NCBI GenBank assembly: GCA_019561615.1
Contig: JAHEQA010000022.1
Location: 1 to 10,379 of the forward strand
Direction: 5' to 3'
Origin: Methanothermococcus sp. SCGC AD-155-E23
Lineage (GTDB): Archaea > AGJL01 > Methanococci > Methanococcales > Methanococcaceae
DNA length: 10,379 nt
Each line of letters begins with the position of its first letter. The stretch's first letter is position 1. A model generated the notes under the pieces. It did no database searches. It had not been told where the DNA came from and saw only the letters and a list, made by a program, of their open reading frames with translations. Both the position numbers and the translations under genes were made by a program. Shown piece by piece: positions 1 through 7,160 of the stretch.

Positions 1-1393
1 TAGAGGTAGAGATAGGAATAAGAAGGTGATTTTAGAACATACCTCTGCAAACCCCAACGGTCCACTTCACATAGGCCATGGTAGGAACGCCATAATAGGG
101 GACAGTTTAAAGAGGATACTGGAGTTCATAGGTTATGATGTGGAGACCCACTACTATGTAAACGACATGGGGAGGCAGGAGGCTGTTGTTGTCTTCGGTT
201 TAGAGAGGTTTGAGATAGAGAAGGATAAGAAACCAGATCATGTCATAGGGGAGATCTATATAAAGGCCAATAAACTTCTAGAGGAGGATCCCCAATTGGA
301 GGAGGAGATAGGAAGGATAATGAGGGAGTACGAGAGATCCCTGGAAAATAGGGAGGATAACCCCATTGTGGAGAGATTTCAATGGGCTGTTAATTACGCC
401 TTGGAAGGTATTAGGGAGACCCTAAGTAACCTTAATATTAAACATGATACCTTTGTATGGGAGAGTGAGTACGTAAGGAACGGCATGGTAAGGGAGGTTA
501 TAAAGAGACTTATAGAGACTGGAAGGGTTTTAGAGGAGGATGGTGTGTATAAACTTGACCTCTCAGATTTTGGAATTGAGAAGAAACTTGTCTTAACCAG
601 GGCAGATGGTACCACCCTCTACTCCACAAGGGATATAGCCTATCACCTGGATAAGATGTCAAGATGTGATATAGGTATAGACGTCTTAGGTGCAGATCAT
701 AAACTTACTGCCCAGATGGTAGAGGCCTCCTTAAAACTGTTAAAGAGTAAGACCCCAAAGGTTATATTCTACGAGTTTATATCCCTGCCAGAGGGGTCCA
801 TGAGTACAAGGAGGGGGAGGTTTGTAACTTTAGATGAAGTCCTTGAGGAGGCTGAGAGGAGGGCTATTGAGGAGGTTAAAAAAAGAGGTGTTGCCAGGGA
901 TGAGGAGATAAAAGAGATAGCCCGAAAAATCGCCCTAGGTGCAGTTAGATACAACATAGTGAGAATATCTCCTGAGAAACCTATAGTGTTTAAATGGGAG
1001 GAGGCCCTAGACTTTGAAAAGGTGGGATGCCCTGTTATACAGTACGCTCATGCAAGGTGCTGTAGAATACTGGAACATGCCAGGGAGATAGGGGTAGAAG
1101 ATGAGGAACTCTTTAACTATGAGATGAAGGATCAGGAGAAGATACTTATAAAAACCCTTCTAAAGTTTCCAAAGATAGTGGAGATAGCTGGGGAGTCCCT
1201 GAAGCCCCACATTCTAGCAAACTACATGTTAGATGTTGCCCATAAATTTAACAGCTTCTATGGAAATTGCCCCATACTCAAGGAGAAAAATAGGAATATA
1301 CTATACTCCAGGTTGAAGATTGTGGAATCCACAAAAATAGTTATAGAAAATGGTCTTAAATTGTTAGGGATAGAGTGCCCAGGGAAGATGTAA
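1..1393 (+). CDS. argS: Arginyl-tRNA synthetase, 5'-truncated by the window edge
   Basis: Frame is open from position 2 ([26 protein letters not shown]...). Class I HIGH motif in the ArgRS context [31 protein letters not shown]-equivalent MSTRRG, QYAHAR and C-terminal anticodon-binding domain ending in GKM; stop TAA at 1391-1393. Confidence 0.97.
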   Translation, partial: RGRDRNKKVILEHTSANPNGPLHIGHGRNAIIGDSLKRILEFIGYDVETHYYVNDMGRQEAVVVFGLERFEIEKDKKPDHVIGEIYIKANKLLEEDPQLEEEIGRIMREYERSLENREDNPIVERFQWAVNYALEGIRETLSNLNIKHDTFVWESEYVRNGMVREVIKRLIETGRVLEEDGVYKLDLSDFGIEKKLVLTRADGTTLYSTRDIAYHLDKMSRCDIGIDVLGADHKLTAQMVEASLKLLKSKTPKVIFYEFISLPEGSMSTRRGRFVTLDEVLEEAERRAIEEVKKRGVARDEEIKEIARKIALGAVRYNIVRISPEKPIVFKWEEALDFEKVGCPVIQYAHARCCRILEHAREIGVEDEELFNYEMKDQEKILIKTLLKFPKIVEIAGESLKPHILANYMLDVAHKFNSFYGNCPILKEKNRNILYSRLKIVESTKIVIENGLKLLGIECPGKM

Positions 1394-1395
1394 AG

Positions 1396-1551
1396 TTACT
1401 TCTTAAGTTTGCACCTTCTCCAGTGTCTCATCTTTGGATGGGATTTAACCCTACCCTTGGTTTTTAGCATTACAAAGAGTGGAACTCTTCTGTTCTGTTT
1501 CAAGGCCTTGGCAAGTCTCAACTTTTTTCCAAGTGGTCTTGTAGATCCCAT
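1396..1551 (-). CDS. rpl39e: 50S ribosomal protein L39e (51 aa), not in the supplied ORF track
   Basis: Manual translation: [51 protein letters not shown]. Has the L39e signatures [15 protein letters not shown] and RHWRR. Preceded by GGTGAGGG (SD-like) in the end of the upstream gene; typical position downstream of rps19e and the PDCD5 homolog. Confidence 0.96.
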   Translation of the reverse strand: MGSTRPLGKKLRLAKALKQNRRVPLFVMLKTKGRVKSHPKMRHWRRCKLKK

Positions 1552-1552
1552 A

Positions 1553-2152
1553 TTATCCCTCACCTTCTTTTACCCCTATTACCCTAGATTGAACATGTTT
1601 AGGGAAGTAATCCCTGGGATCTTTGCCCCTAGCCTTTATAAGGGCCCTTATCTCACTTTCATAATCGGATTTCAGTATGGTATCACTTTCCCCCTGGGAG
1701 ATTATAAAGTATCTATCTACCAGGTATTTAATAGTTTTATGTCCAAAGCCCATAAGGGGAGTTATATACTCTATATTCTTTCTCATTTCTATACTCTGTA
1801 TCTCTGAGTGGGATAACTTAGGTACCCTGTCATCCCTTCTAATACCATCTGCTATAACCTTGTACCTATCTGCCAGTATCTCTATAACACTCTTGTGGAG
1901 GTACTGGATACCCCTAGCTGGGTATCCATCCCTGAGGATGATATCCACAGACCTTTCAATAACCTCCCTATCCAGGAACTCCACCCTATGGGGCATATTT
2001 AATATATCTGCAGTCTCCTGGGCATACTTATAGGAGTCTAAAACCCCAAAATTTACAGTGACAAGTTCAACGTCGTAACCTAACTTCTTCAAAAGTACTG
2101 CAGATAGGGAGCTATCCTTCCCTCCGCTGAAGAGGACGTAGGCCTTCTTCAT
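1553..2152 (-). CDS. PP-loop (adenine nucleotide alpha-hydrolase) family protein, conserved archaeal protein of unknown function
   Basis: N-terminal [12 protein letters not shown]-loop motif, later ADGIRRDD motif; 199 aa; lies between the PDCD5 homolog and rpl39e as in other euryarchaea. Confidence 0.85.
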   Translation of the reverse strand: MKKAYVLFSGGKDSSLSAVLLKKLGYDVELVTVNFGVLDSYKYAQETADILNMPHRVEFLDREVIERSVDIILRDGYPARGIQYLHKSVIEILADRYKVIADGIRRDDRVPKLSHSEIQSIEMRKNIEYITPLMGFGHKTIKYLVDRYFIISQGESDTILKSDYESEIRALIKARGKDPRDYFPKHVQSRVIGVKEGEG

Positions 2153-2167
2153 AGGAGATATACCCTT

Positions 2168-2518
2168 TTACTTTCTGATGAACTTTATCTCTCCCTTCCT
2201 GGATTTACTCATCTCGTGAAGTTTCTCCAGTAGGGACTTAAACTCCTCGTCTGAGAGGGGTATCTTAATTCTACCCATCTGTGCCAACTGGATAAGTTGA
2301 AGTTCCACCTGGGCTGCAAATTCAGGCTTCGCCAATCTCAGCCTGGCTAATCTGGCCCTTGCAGGTTCTGTGAGTATCTGCCTCAATATCTTTCTCTTCT
2401 GTAGTTCAAACTCCTGTTGAAGTTGGAGGGCCTGCTGCTCCTCCGTAGCCATGGTACTGGCGGCCATTCTCTTCTGTAACTCCAAGAGTTTTTTCCTCCT
2501 AATTTCATCAATATCCAT
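2168..2518 (-). CDS. PDCD5/TFAR19-like dsDNA-binding protein
   Basis: DEIRRKKLLELQ N-terminus, ILRQILTEPARARLARLRLAKPEFA and VELQLIQLAQMGRI family motifs, C-terminal IKFIRK; AGGGGA SD-like element upstream. Confidence 0.93.
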   Translation of the reverse strand: MDIDEIRRKKLLELQKRMAASTMATEEQQALQLQQEFELQKRKILRQILTEPARARLARLRLAKPEFAAQVELQLIQLAQMGRIKIPLSDEEFKSLLEKLHEMSKSRKGEIKFIRK

Positions 2519-2530
2519 ACTATCCCCTTT

Positions 2531-2977
2531 TTAATATTTGGAGAGGGCTGGCTTCTCCCCTATAATCTCGTCCTTAACCTCTTTTGCCGTATTGTCTAGA
2601 AGGGACTGCCCCTTAGGGGTAACAACCCTCCCCTCTTTAGTAGTAGTTATGAGATCCAACTTCTCCAGTGCCTGGAGTGCCTTCCTTACAATGTTTCCAC
2701 TACCCTTTAAAAACCTCTCAGGTTTATGTCCCCTGTTCTTCCTACCTCCATATGCAGTTCTCAACCTCTCCACACCTACAGGACCGTCAACATATACCTT
2801 CCTGAGGATGGAGGCACATCTTACATACCACCAGTCGTCATCGTGAGGCCTCCTCTCCTTATGAGCCCCTGTCTTGACGAAGTCTACCCATTGAGGCCTC
2901 TCTATATCCATCTCCTTTAACTTTTTTGCCACCTTCTCAATAAGTTTTGATGGAGGTACATCGTAGACCGTTGTCAT
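2531..2977 (-). CDS. rps19e: 30S ribosomal protein S19e
   Basis: MTTVYDVP start, [54 protein letters not shown]; GAGGTG SD upstream of ATG. Confidence 0.98.
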   Translation of the reverse strand: MTTVYDVPPSKLIEKVAKKLKEMDIERPQWVDFVKTGAHKERRPHDDDWWYVRCASILRKVYVDGPVGVERLRTAYGGRKNRGHKPERFLKGSGNIVRKALQALEKLDLITTTKEGRVVTPKGQSLLDNTAKEVKDEIIGEKPALSKY

Positions 2978-3049
2978 ACTTTACACCTCTAAAAATCTAT
3001 AAAAGATTACTGTGGAAAAAGAGACAGATCTCTATATTGAAGACTAGTG

Positions 3050-3064
3050 ATATATAACCTTTAC
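3050..3064 (-). promoter_or_regulatory. Putative BRE-TATA promoter for the rps19e-rpl39e unit
   Basis: Minus strand reads GTAAAGG-TTATATAT (purine-rich BRE then TATA box) about 73 nt upstream of the rps19e ATG, starting right at the yhbY stop codon. Confidence 0.6.
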
Positions 3065-3453
3065 TAGGCTCCTCTAAATTTCTTTGCAAACTTTAACTTT
3101 TCAAACTCCTTTACATACTTACTCTGTTTTGTCTTCTTGGTGGTATACTTCTTCCAACCCTCCCTAGGTCTAAAGAGAGTTATTACATTCCCCACCAGGC
3201 TTACAACCTCTGCATCTGCCTCTAAGGCCAGTCTCTTTGCTATGTTTTCCCTGGTATCCTTCTCCAGTGCAGTCCTCCTGATCTTTACCTTTATAAGTCC
3301 CTTATCCTTTATCTGTCTCTTTACCTCGTGAATAACCTTGTCAACCCCCTCCTTTCCCACCCAGACTACTGGGGAGAGGGAATGGGATTTAGTCCTAAGT
3401 ATCTTTTTAGCCTTTGATGTTAACCTCTTAGGTGGCTGTAAATCTTCCTCCAT
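3064..3453 (-). CDS. yhbY: YhbY/CRM-domain RNA-binding protein with a basic C-terminal extension
   Basis: LRTKSHSLSPVVWVGKEGV, GLIKVKI, VSLVGNVITLFR match the CRM domain pattern; located upstream of rps19e; Lys-rich tail. Confidence 0.9.
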   Translation of the reverse strand: MEEDLQPPKRLTSKAKKILRTKSHSLSPVVWVGKEGVDKVIHEVKRQIKDKGLIKVKIRRTALEKDTRENIAKRLALEADAEVVSLVGNVITLFRPREGWKKYTTKKTKQSKYVKEFEKLKFAKKFRGA

Positions 3454-3466
3454 GGATATCCCTTAT

Positions 3467-3517
3467 AAAGTTATATATCAAAATTCTTATAGTATTGTTA
3501 CCCTTTAAATATATAAA
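3467..3517. promoter_or_regulatory. Divergent promoter region for yhbY (-) and mmp3 (+)
   Basis: 83-bp AT-rich spacer containing AAAG-TTATATAT (+, TATA 3471-3478), TTTAAATA (+, 3504-3511) and TTTATATA (-, 3510-3517). Confidence 0.55.
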
Positions 3518-3536
3518 ATTATCAGGGGAGGAAGCC

Positions 3537-5039
3537 ATGGTAAGGGTCTTTGTTAACAGCAGGGAGAAGGAGGGAAAGACCCTCAGAGATGTAATTGAAG
3601 GAGAGCCCTACATAGAGGGGGGTAATATAGTGATAGTAAAGGGGGTGAAGAAGGAGGTGAAGAGGTCCAGGAGGTACAAGATCACCACCACCAAGGGGAC
3701 AATGATAGTAGCTATAACTGAGGACTCCAAGGTTGTAGACTTCTGGAATAGGAACTATAAGAGATTTGTTGAGAAGGAGGTTAGGTGGAGAGGTATAGCT
3801 GACGTTGCCTTTGGACCCATAAGAATAGATCTGGAGATGAGTAACAAACCCCAGAAGGTTAAGAAGTGGGATGTTATTCTCAGTATATCTGGATTTGACA
3901 GAAATGAGGGGCATCTTGTATTTATCAAGAGGGATACTACCGAGATCTACGGTATTGAGAATCCAAAGATAGGGGTACTTATCGGTGGTAAGAAGGTACT
4001 CTCCAGGTTAACCCCTGAGGATAGGATACTCTCCATAGAACCTCTAAGGGAGTCAAGGGAGATAGTGGACTATCTAACAACTAGAGATCTTGATATGGAA
4101 CTTGAGGAGGGTTGGAGTATATGGACCTACTGTGAGGGGGAGTTGGAGGGACCTCCCCAGGCTGTTGAACATGTTCTTGCACTTGTAGAGGGAGGATATT
4201 TGGAGATAGGACAACATACAAACACCTTCATCGCAGACTGTAGGTTAAAGAGTCTCGAGGTAGAGGGGGAAAATACCGAGGAGAGATTTAGGGGTGCCAT
4301 TACAGTGAGGAATACCGGGGATGGTGTTGGTAAGGTGTATATATACAGGGAGGGAAGGACATCTACACCCTCACATACCCTAGTAGGTAAGATAACAAAA
4401 GGTATGGAGTTGGTGGATTTCTCAGATGAAGGTATTATAACTGTTAACCTTAAACCTGAGAGGTTGAATGTCCTTGGAATGACCCAGGCTGAGGCCTCTG
4501 AGGTGTTAAGTAGGTACGGTATAGAACATAGGAGGGAGGGGGATAAGGAGGACGATGCCATAGTGGTTGAGCAGATACCTGAGTACACCTTGGAGGTGTT
4601 AAGGTCTAAGGAGGTTATAACTAGGGGGTTGTCTCCAGATAAGATACTCTTCATAGAGATATTTGATGACAAGGCTCCAAGGACTGCCTGGTACTTTAGA
4701 AAGACAACTGGATTAACTATAAGGAGAATAGGGAAGTTGAAGGTGTACTTCAAGGTAGGGGATATGGTGATCTTTGAGAGAAATGAGAGGTACGCCCGTG
4801 GGCTGCTCCCCGAGAATACCCCATCAGATAGGGTGGAGGGGGGCTACATAGGGGTAACAAACATGGTGAGAAAGTTAAAGGGGTATATTGGAGTGAGGTT
4901 CAGCCCCAATGAGAAGTACGGTCCTACAGGGGAGACCTTCGAGGCCACCAATATAGTAGGTAGGGTTGTTAAGAACCTTGAGATACTTAAGAGGGCTAAG
5001 GTAGGGGATGAGGTCTACCTCTTTGAGGTAAGATCTTAA
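3537..5039 (+). CDS. mmp3: Methanogenesis marker protein 3 (cyclophilin-like domains), 500 aa
   Basis: Start reassigned to ATG 3537 (GGGGAGG SD; the track start at 3432 overlaps yhbY). Family motifs ITTTKG, RGAITVRNTGDGVGKVYIYRE..SHTLVG, APRTAWYFRKTTGL, LLPENTP, IGVTN, IGVR...KYGPTGE.FEATNIVG. Confidence 0.92.
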   Translation: MVRVFVNSREKEGKTLRDVIEGEPYIEGGNIVIVKGVKKEVKRSRRYKITTTKGTMIVAITEDSKVVDFWNRNYKRFVEKEVRWRGIADVAFGPIRIDLEMSNKPQKVKKWDVILSISGFDRNEGHLVFIKRDTTEIYGIENPKIGVLIGGKKVLSRLTPEDRILSIEPLRESREIVDYLTTRDLDMELEEGWSIWTYCEGELEGPPQAVEHVLALVEGGYLEIGQHTNTFIADCRLKSLEVEGENTEERFRGAITVRNTGDGVGKVYIYREGRTSTPSHTLVGKITKGMELVDFSDEGIITVNLKPERLNVLGMTQAEASEVLSRYGIEHRREGDKEDDAIVVEQIPEYTLEVLRSKEVITRGLSPDKILFIEIFDDKAPRTAWYFRKTTGLTIRRIGKLKVYFKVGDMVIFERNERYARGLLPENTPSDRVEGGYIGVTNMVRKLKGYIGVRFSPNEKYGPTGETFEATNIVGRVVKNLEILKRAKVGDEVYLFEVRS

Positions 5040-5051
5040 AAGGTGGAAGTT

Positions 5052-6236
5052 ATGAAGTGGAAGGAGGGATGTCCCTACAACCCCAGGTTAAATGTAGATG
5101 TAGATGAGTTGTATATCTACGACACCACCTTGAGGGATGGGGAACAGACACCAGGTGTATGTTTCACCAAGGAGGAGAAGTTAGAGATTGCAAGGAAATT
5201 AGATGAGTTAGGGATTAAACAGATAGAGGCTGGATTCCCTGCAGTCTCTGAGAGGGAGATGGAGAGTGTAAAGGCCATAGCAAATGCTGGCCTCAAGGCC
5301 GATATCTTGGCACTCTCAAGGGCTCTAAAGGAGGATATAGACAAGGCCCTCTACTGTGACGTGGAGGGTGTTATAATCTTTATAGCCACATCTCCTCTAC
5401 ATCTAAAGTATAAACTTCGTAAGACCCTGGAGGAAGTGGAAGAGATGGGAATGGATGCCATCGAGTACGCCAAGGATCACGGTCTCTTTGTGGCCTTCTC
5501 TGCAGAGGATGCTACGAGAACCCCTCTAGAGGATCTTATAAGGGTCCATAAAAATGCAGAGGAGCATGGTGCAGACAGGGTTCATATTGCAGATACTACA
5601 GGGGTAGGTACCCCCCAGTCTATATACTACATATGTTCAGAGTTGAGGAAACACTTAAAGAGGGCTCATATTGGGGTACACTGTCATAACGACTTTGGCT
5701 TTGCAGTGATAAACTCCCTCTACGGAGTTATGGGAGGGGCTAGAGCCATCTCCACTACTGTAAACGGTATTGGAGAGAGGGCTGGAAATGCAGCCCTGGA
5801 AGAGGTGGTCATGGCCCTCATGGTACTCTACGGTGTAGATCTAGGATTGAATATCTCTTTATTGAAGGAACTCTCAGAACTTGTTGAAAGGTACTCCAAG
5901 ATACCTGTACCAGTTAATAAACCTATAGTGGGAGATAGGGTATTCTGTCATGAGAGTGGTATCCATGTAGATGGGGTACTGGCAAATCCCTTTACCTATG
6001 AGCCTTTCCTCCCTGAGAAAATAGGTCATAGAAGGGAGATAGTCTTTGGAAAGCATTCTGGAGGCAAGGGAGTACGTGCCAAGTTGAGGGAGATGGGTAT
6101 AGAGGTATCAGATGATGTCCTTCTGGAGATTGTCAAAAGAATCAAAGAGACCAGGGAGGAAGGTATTGAGATAGATGATAAGGTGTTCAGGGATATTGTT
6201 GAGGAAGTATTAAAGGGCAGAAGGTGTTCTAAATGA
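5052..6236 (+). CDS. aksA: Homocitrate synthase AksA (coenzyme B 2-oxoacid elongation), DRE-TIM metallolyase
   Basis: CPYNP N-terminus, DTTLRDGEQTPGV, HCHNDFG, GIGERAGNA, HESGIH, GKHSG; ~394 aa and lacks the LeuA/CimA regulatory domain; closely resembles Methanococcales AksA as recalled. ATG 5052 preferred over GTG 5043 because AGGTGG SD precedes it. Confidence 0.9.
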   Translation: MKWKEGCPYNPRLNVDVDELYIYDTTLRDGEQTPGVCFTKEEKLEIARKLDELGIKQIEAGFPAVSEREMESVKAIANAGLKADILALSRALKEDIDKALYCDVEGVIIFIATSPLHLKYKLRKTLEEVEEMGMDAIEYAKDHGLFVAFSAEDATRTPLEDLIRVHKNAEEHGADRVHIADTTGVGTPQSIYYICSELRKHLKRAHIGVHCHNDFGFAVINSLYGVMGGARAISTTVNGIGERAGNAALEEVVMALMVLYGVDLGLNISLLKELSELVERYSKIPVPVNKPIVGDRVFCHESGIHVDGVLANPFTYEPFLPEKIGHRREIVFGKHSGGKGVRAKLREMGIEVSDDVLLEIVKRIKETREEGIEIDDKVFRDIVEEVLKGRRCSK

Positions 6237-6775
6237 GAAGGTTTTTAATTTTTTTTATTATATTTGGGGTGATGGTAAGCTTATCCCTGTGTATAAAACA
6301 CCCTGAAGATACCAATGAAGTAGATCTGGTGATAAAGGGACAGCCTGTTACACTTGTTTTAAGAACAACTGTAAGGGAGGCTCTTTCTACGAAGTTGATA
6401 AACACCAACGACAGTGACATTTTAAGAAGTTATCTAAATCATAAGATCATCTACCTGGAGTACAACAGGTCCCTACCTCTAGAGGAGGGAAAAATAACTG
6501 TAATAGATCTCTCTATGAAGTTAGGCTTTTTAAAACCTCTCTATGGCCATCTCATTGTGGATGATAGTGTATTTAAAAATGAGAGTGAGAGGGAAATGGT
6601 TAAGAGTAGTAACATCACCTTGATAATAAGGGTGGTTAGGGGTAACAGAAGTGCAACAATAGAAAAAGTGGATGATAGAACCTATCTAATAGAGGGGAAT
6701 TCCCTTAAAGAGTTGGACAAGGCAGAGTCTAGATTTGTCCTGGCTATATACAGGGGTATTGCAGAAAATACTTAA
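6233..6775 (+). CDS. Hypothetical secreted/lipoprotein-like protein, 180 aa
   Basis: ATGA overlap with aksA stop; MRR + hydrophobic stretch + SLSLC (Cys20) resembling an archaeal lipoprotein signal; five N-X-S/T sequons. Confidence 0.75.
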   Translation: MRRFLIFFIIFGVMVSLSLCIKHPEDTNEVDLVIKGQPVTLVLRTTVREALSTKLINTNDSDILRSYLNHKIIYLEYNRSLPLEEGKITVIDLSMKLGFLKPLYGHLIVDDSVFKNESEREMVKSSNITLIIRVVRGNRSATIEKVDDRTYLIEGNSLKELDKAESRFVLAIYRGIAENT

Positions 6776-6776
6776 T

Positions 6777-6846
6777 TTTTTAGGATTCAGATCGGGTAAG
6801 TATCATCACCCTTCAGATAACCCTCTTTTCATCATCATCCTAAAAA
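6777..6846 (-). ncRNA. Box C/D 2'-O-methylation guide sRNA with two guides matching 23S rRNA
   Basis: Minus strand: TTTTTAGGAT-G-ATGATGA (C, 6829-6835)-AAAGAGGGTTAT-CTGA (D', 6813-6816)-AGG-GTGATGA (C', 6803-6809)-TACTTACCCGAT-CTGA (D, 6787-6790)-ATCCTAAAAA. All four boxes are consensus, both guides are 12 nt, and a perfect 10-bp terminal inverted repeat closes it. Exact mature ends uncertain. Confidence 0.95.
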
Positions 6847-6855
6847 GGGGAAAAA

Positions 6856-7143
6856 ATGGAAGATCCCAGGAAGAGACTTAAGAATATAAGAAAGGAGATA
6901 GATGAGATAGACGAGAAACTTGTGTACCTTATAGCCAAGAGGATAGAGTATGGGAAGGAGATAGCCCATTTAAAGAGGGTGTTAGGTTATCCTATAGAGG
7001 ATGGGAAGAGGGAGAGGGAAATTAAAGAGAAGATATTTAAACTGTGTGAAAAATATAACTTGGACTTCCAGGTTGTTTGGAGTGTGATAAAAACACTTAT
7101 AGAGTACAGCAAAAGGATTCAGAGAGAGGAGTTAAAAAAATAA
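6856..7143 (+). CDS. aroQ: Chorismate mutase, AroQ class (monofunctional)
   Basis: LKNIRKEIDEIDEKLVYLIAKR, IAHLK, PIEDGKRE and YSKRIQ match the type II chorismate mutase pattern; 95 aa; AGGGG SD-like element. Confidence 0.92.
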   Translation: MEDPRKRLKNIRKEIDEIDEKLVYLIAKRIEYGKEIAHLKRVLGYPIEDGKREREIKEKIFKLCEKYNLDFQVVWSVIKTLIEYSKRIQREELKK

Positions 7144-7155
7144 AAAAGTTTAAAA
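7133..7155 (-). terminator. Oligo-T terminator of the S-layer gene
   Basis: Minus strand immediately after the S-layer stop reads TTTTAAACTTTTTTATTTTTTTA; tandem T-tracts are typical archaeal termination signals. Confidence 0.6.
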
Positions 7156-7160
7156 GGGGT

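Noticed and set aside
1409-1807. 132-aa plus-strand ORF
   Set aside because: Antisense to rpl39e and the PP-loop gene, no recognisable motifs; shadow ORF.
3432-3536. 35-aa N-terminal extension of Mmp3 in the ORF track
   Set aside because: Overlaps the yhbY start and the AT-rich promoter spacer; ATG 3537 has a strong SD.
5052-6236. Alternative call as LeuA or CimA
   Set aside because: Too short, lacks the C-terminal regulatory domain, and the CPYNP N-terminus and context fit AksA better.
6234-6236. TGA stop of aksA (and of ABCE1 at 9715-9717) as possible selenocysteine codons
   Set aside because: Both fall at the normal C-terminus of their families and no SECIS-like hairpin was recognised.
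6801-6838. CATCATCAT-like microsatellite
   Set aside because: It is the reverse complement of the C and C' boxes (TGATGA).
6777-6846. 10-bp inverted repeat as MITE ends or a hairpin terminator
   Set aside because: No clear target-site duplication; the enclosed C/D'/C'/D boxes and rRNA-matching guides explain it as an sRNA terminal stem.
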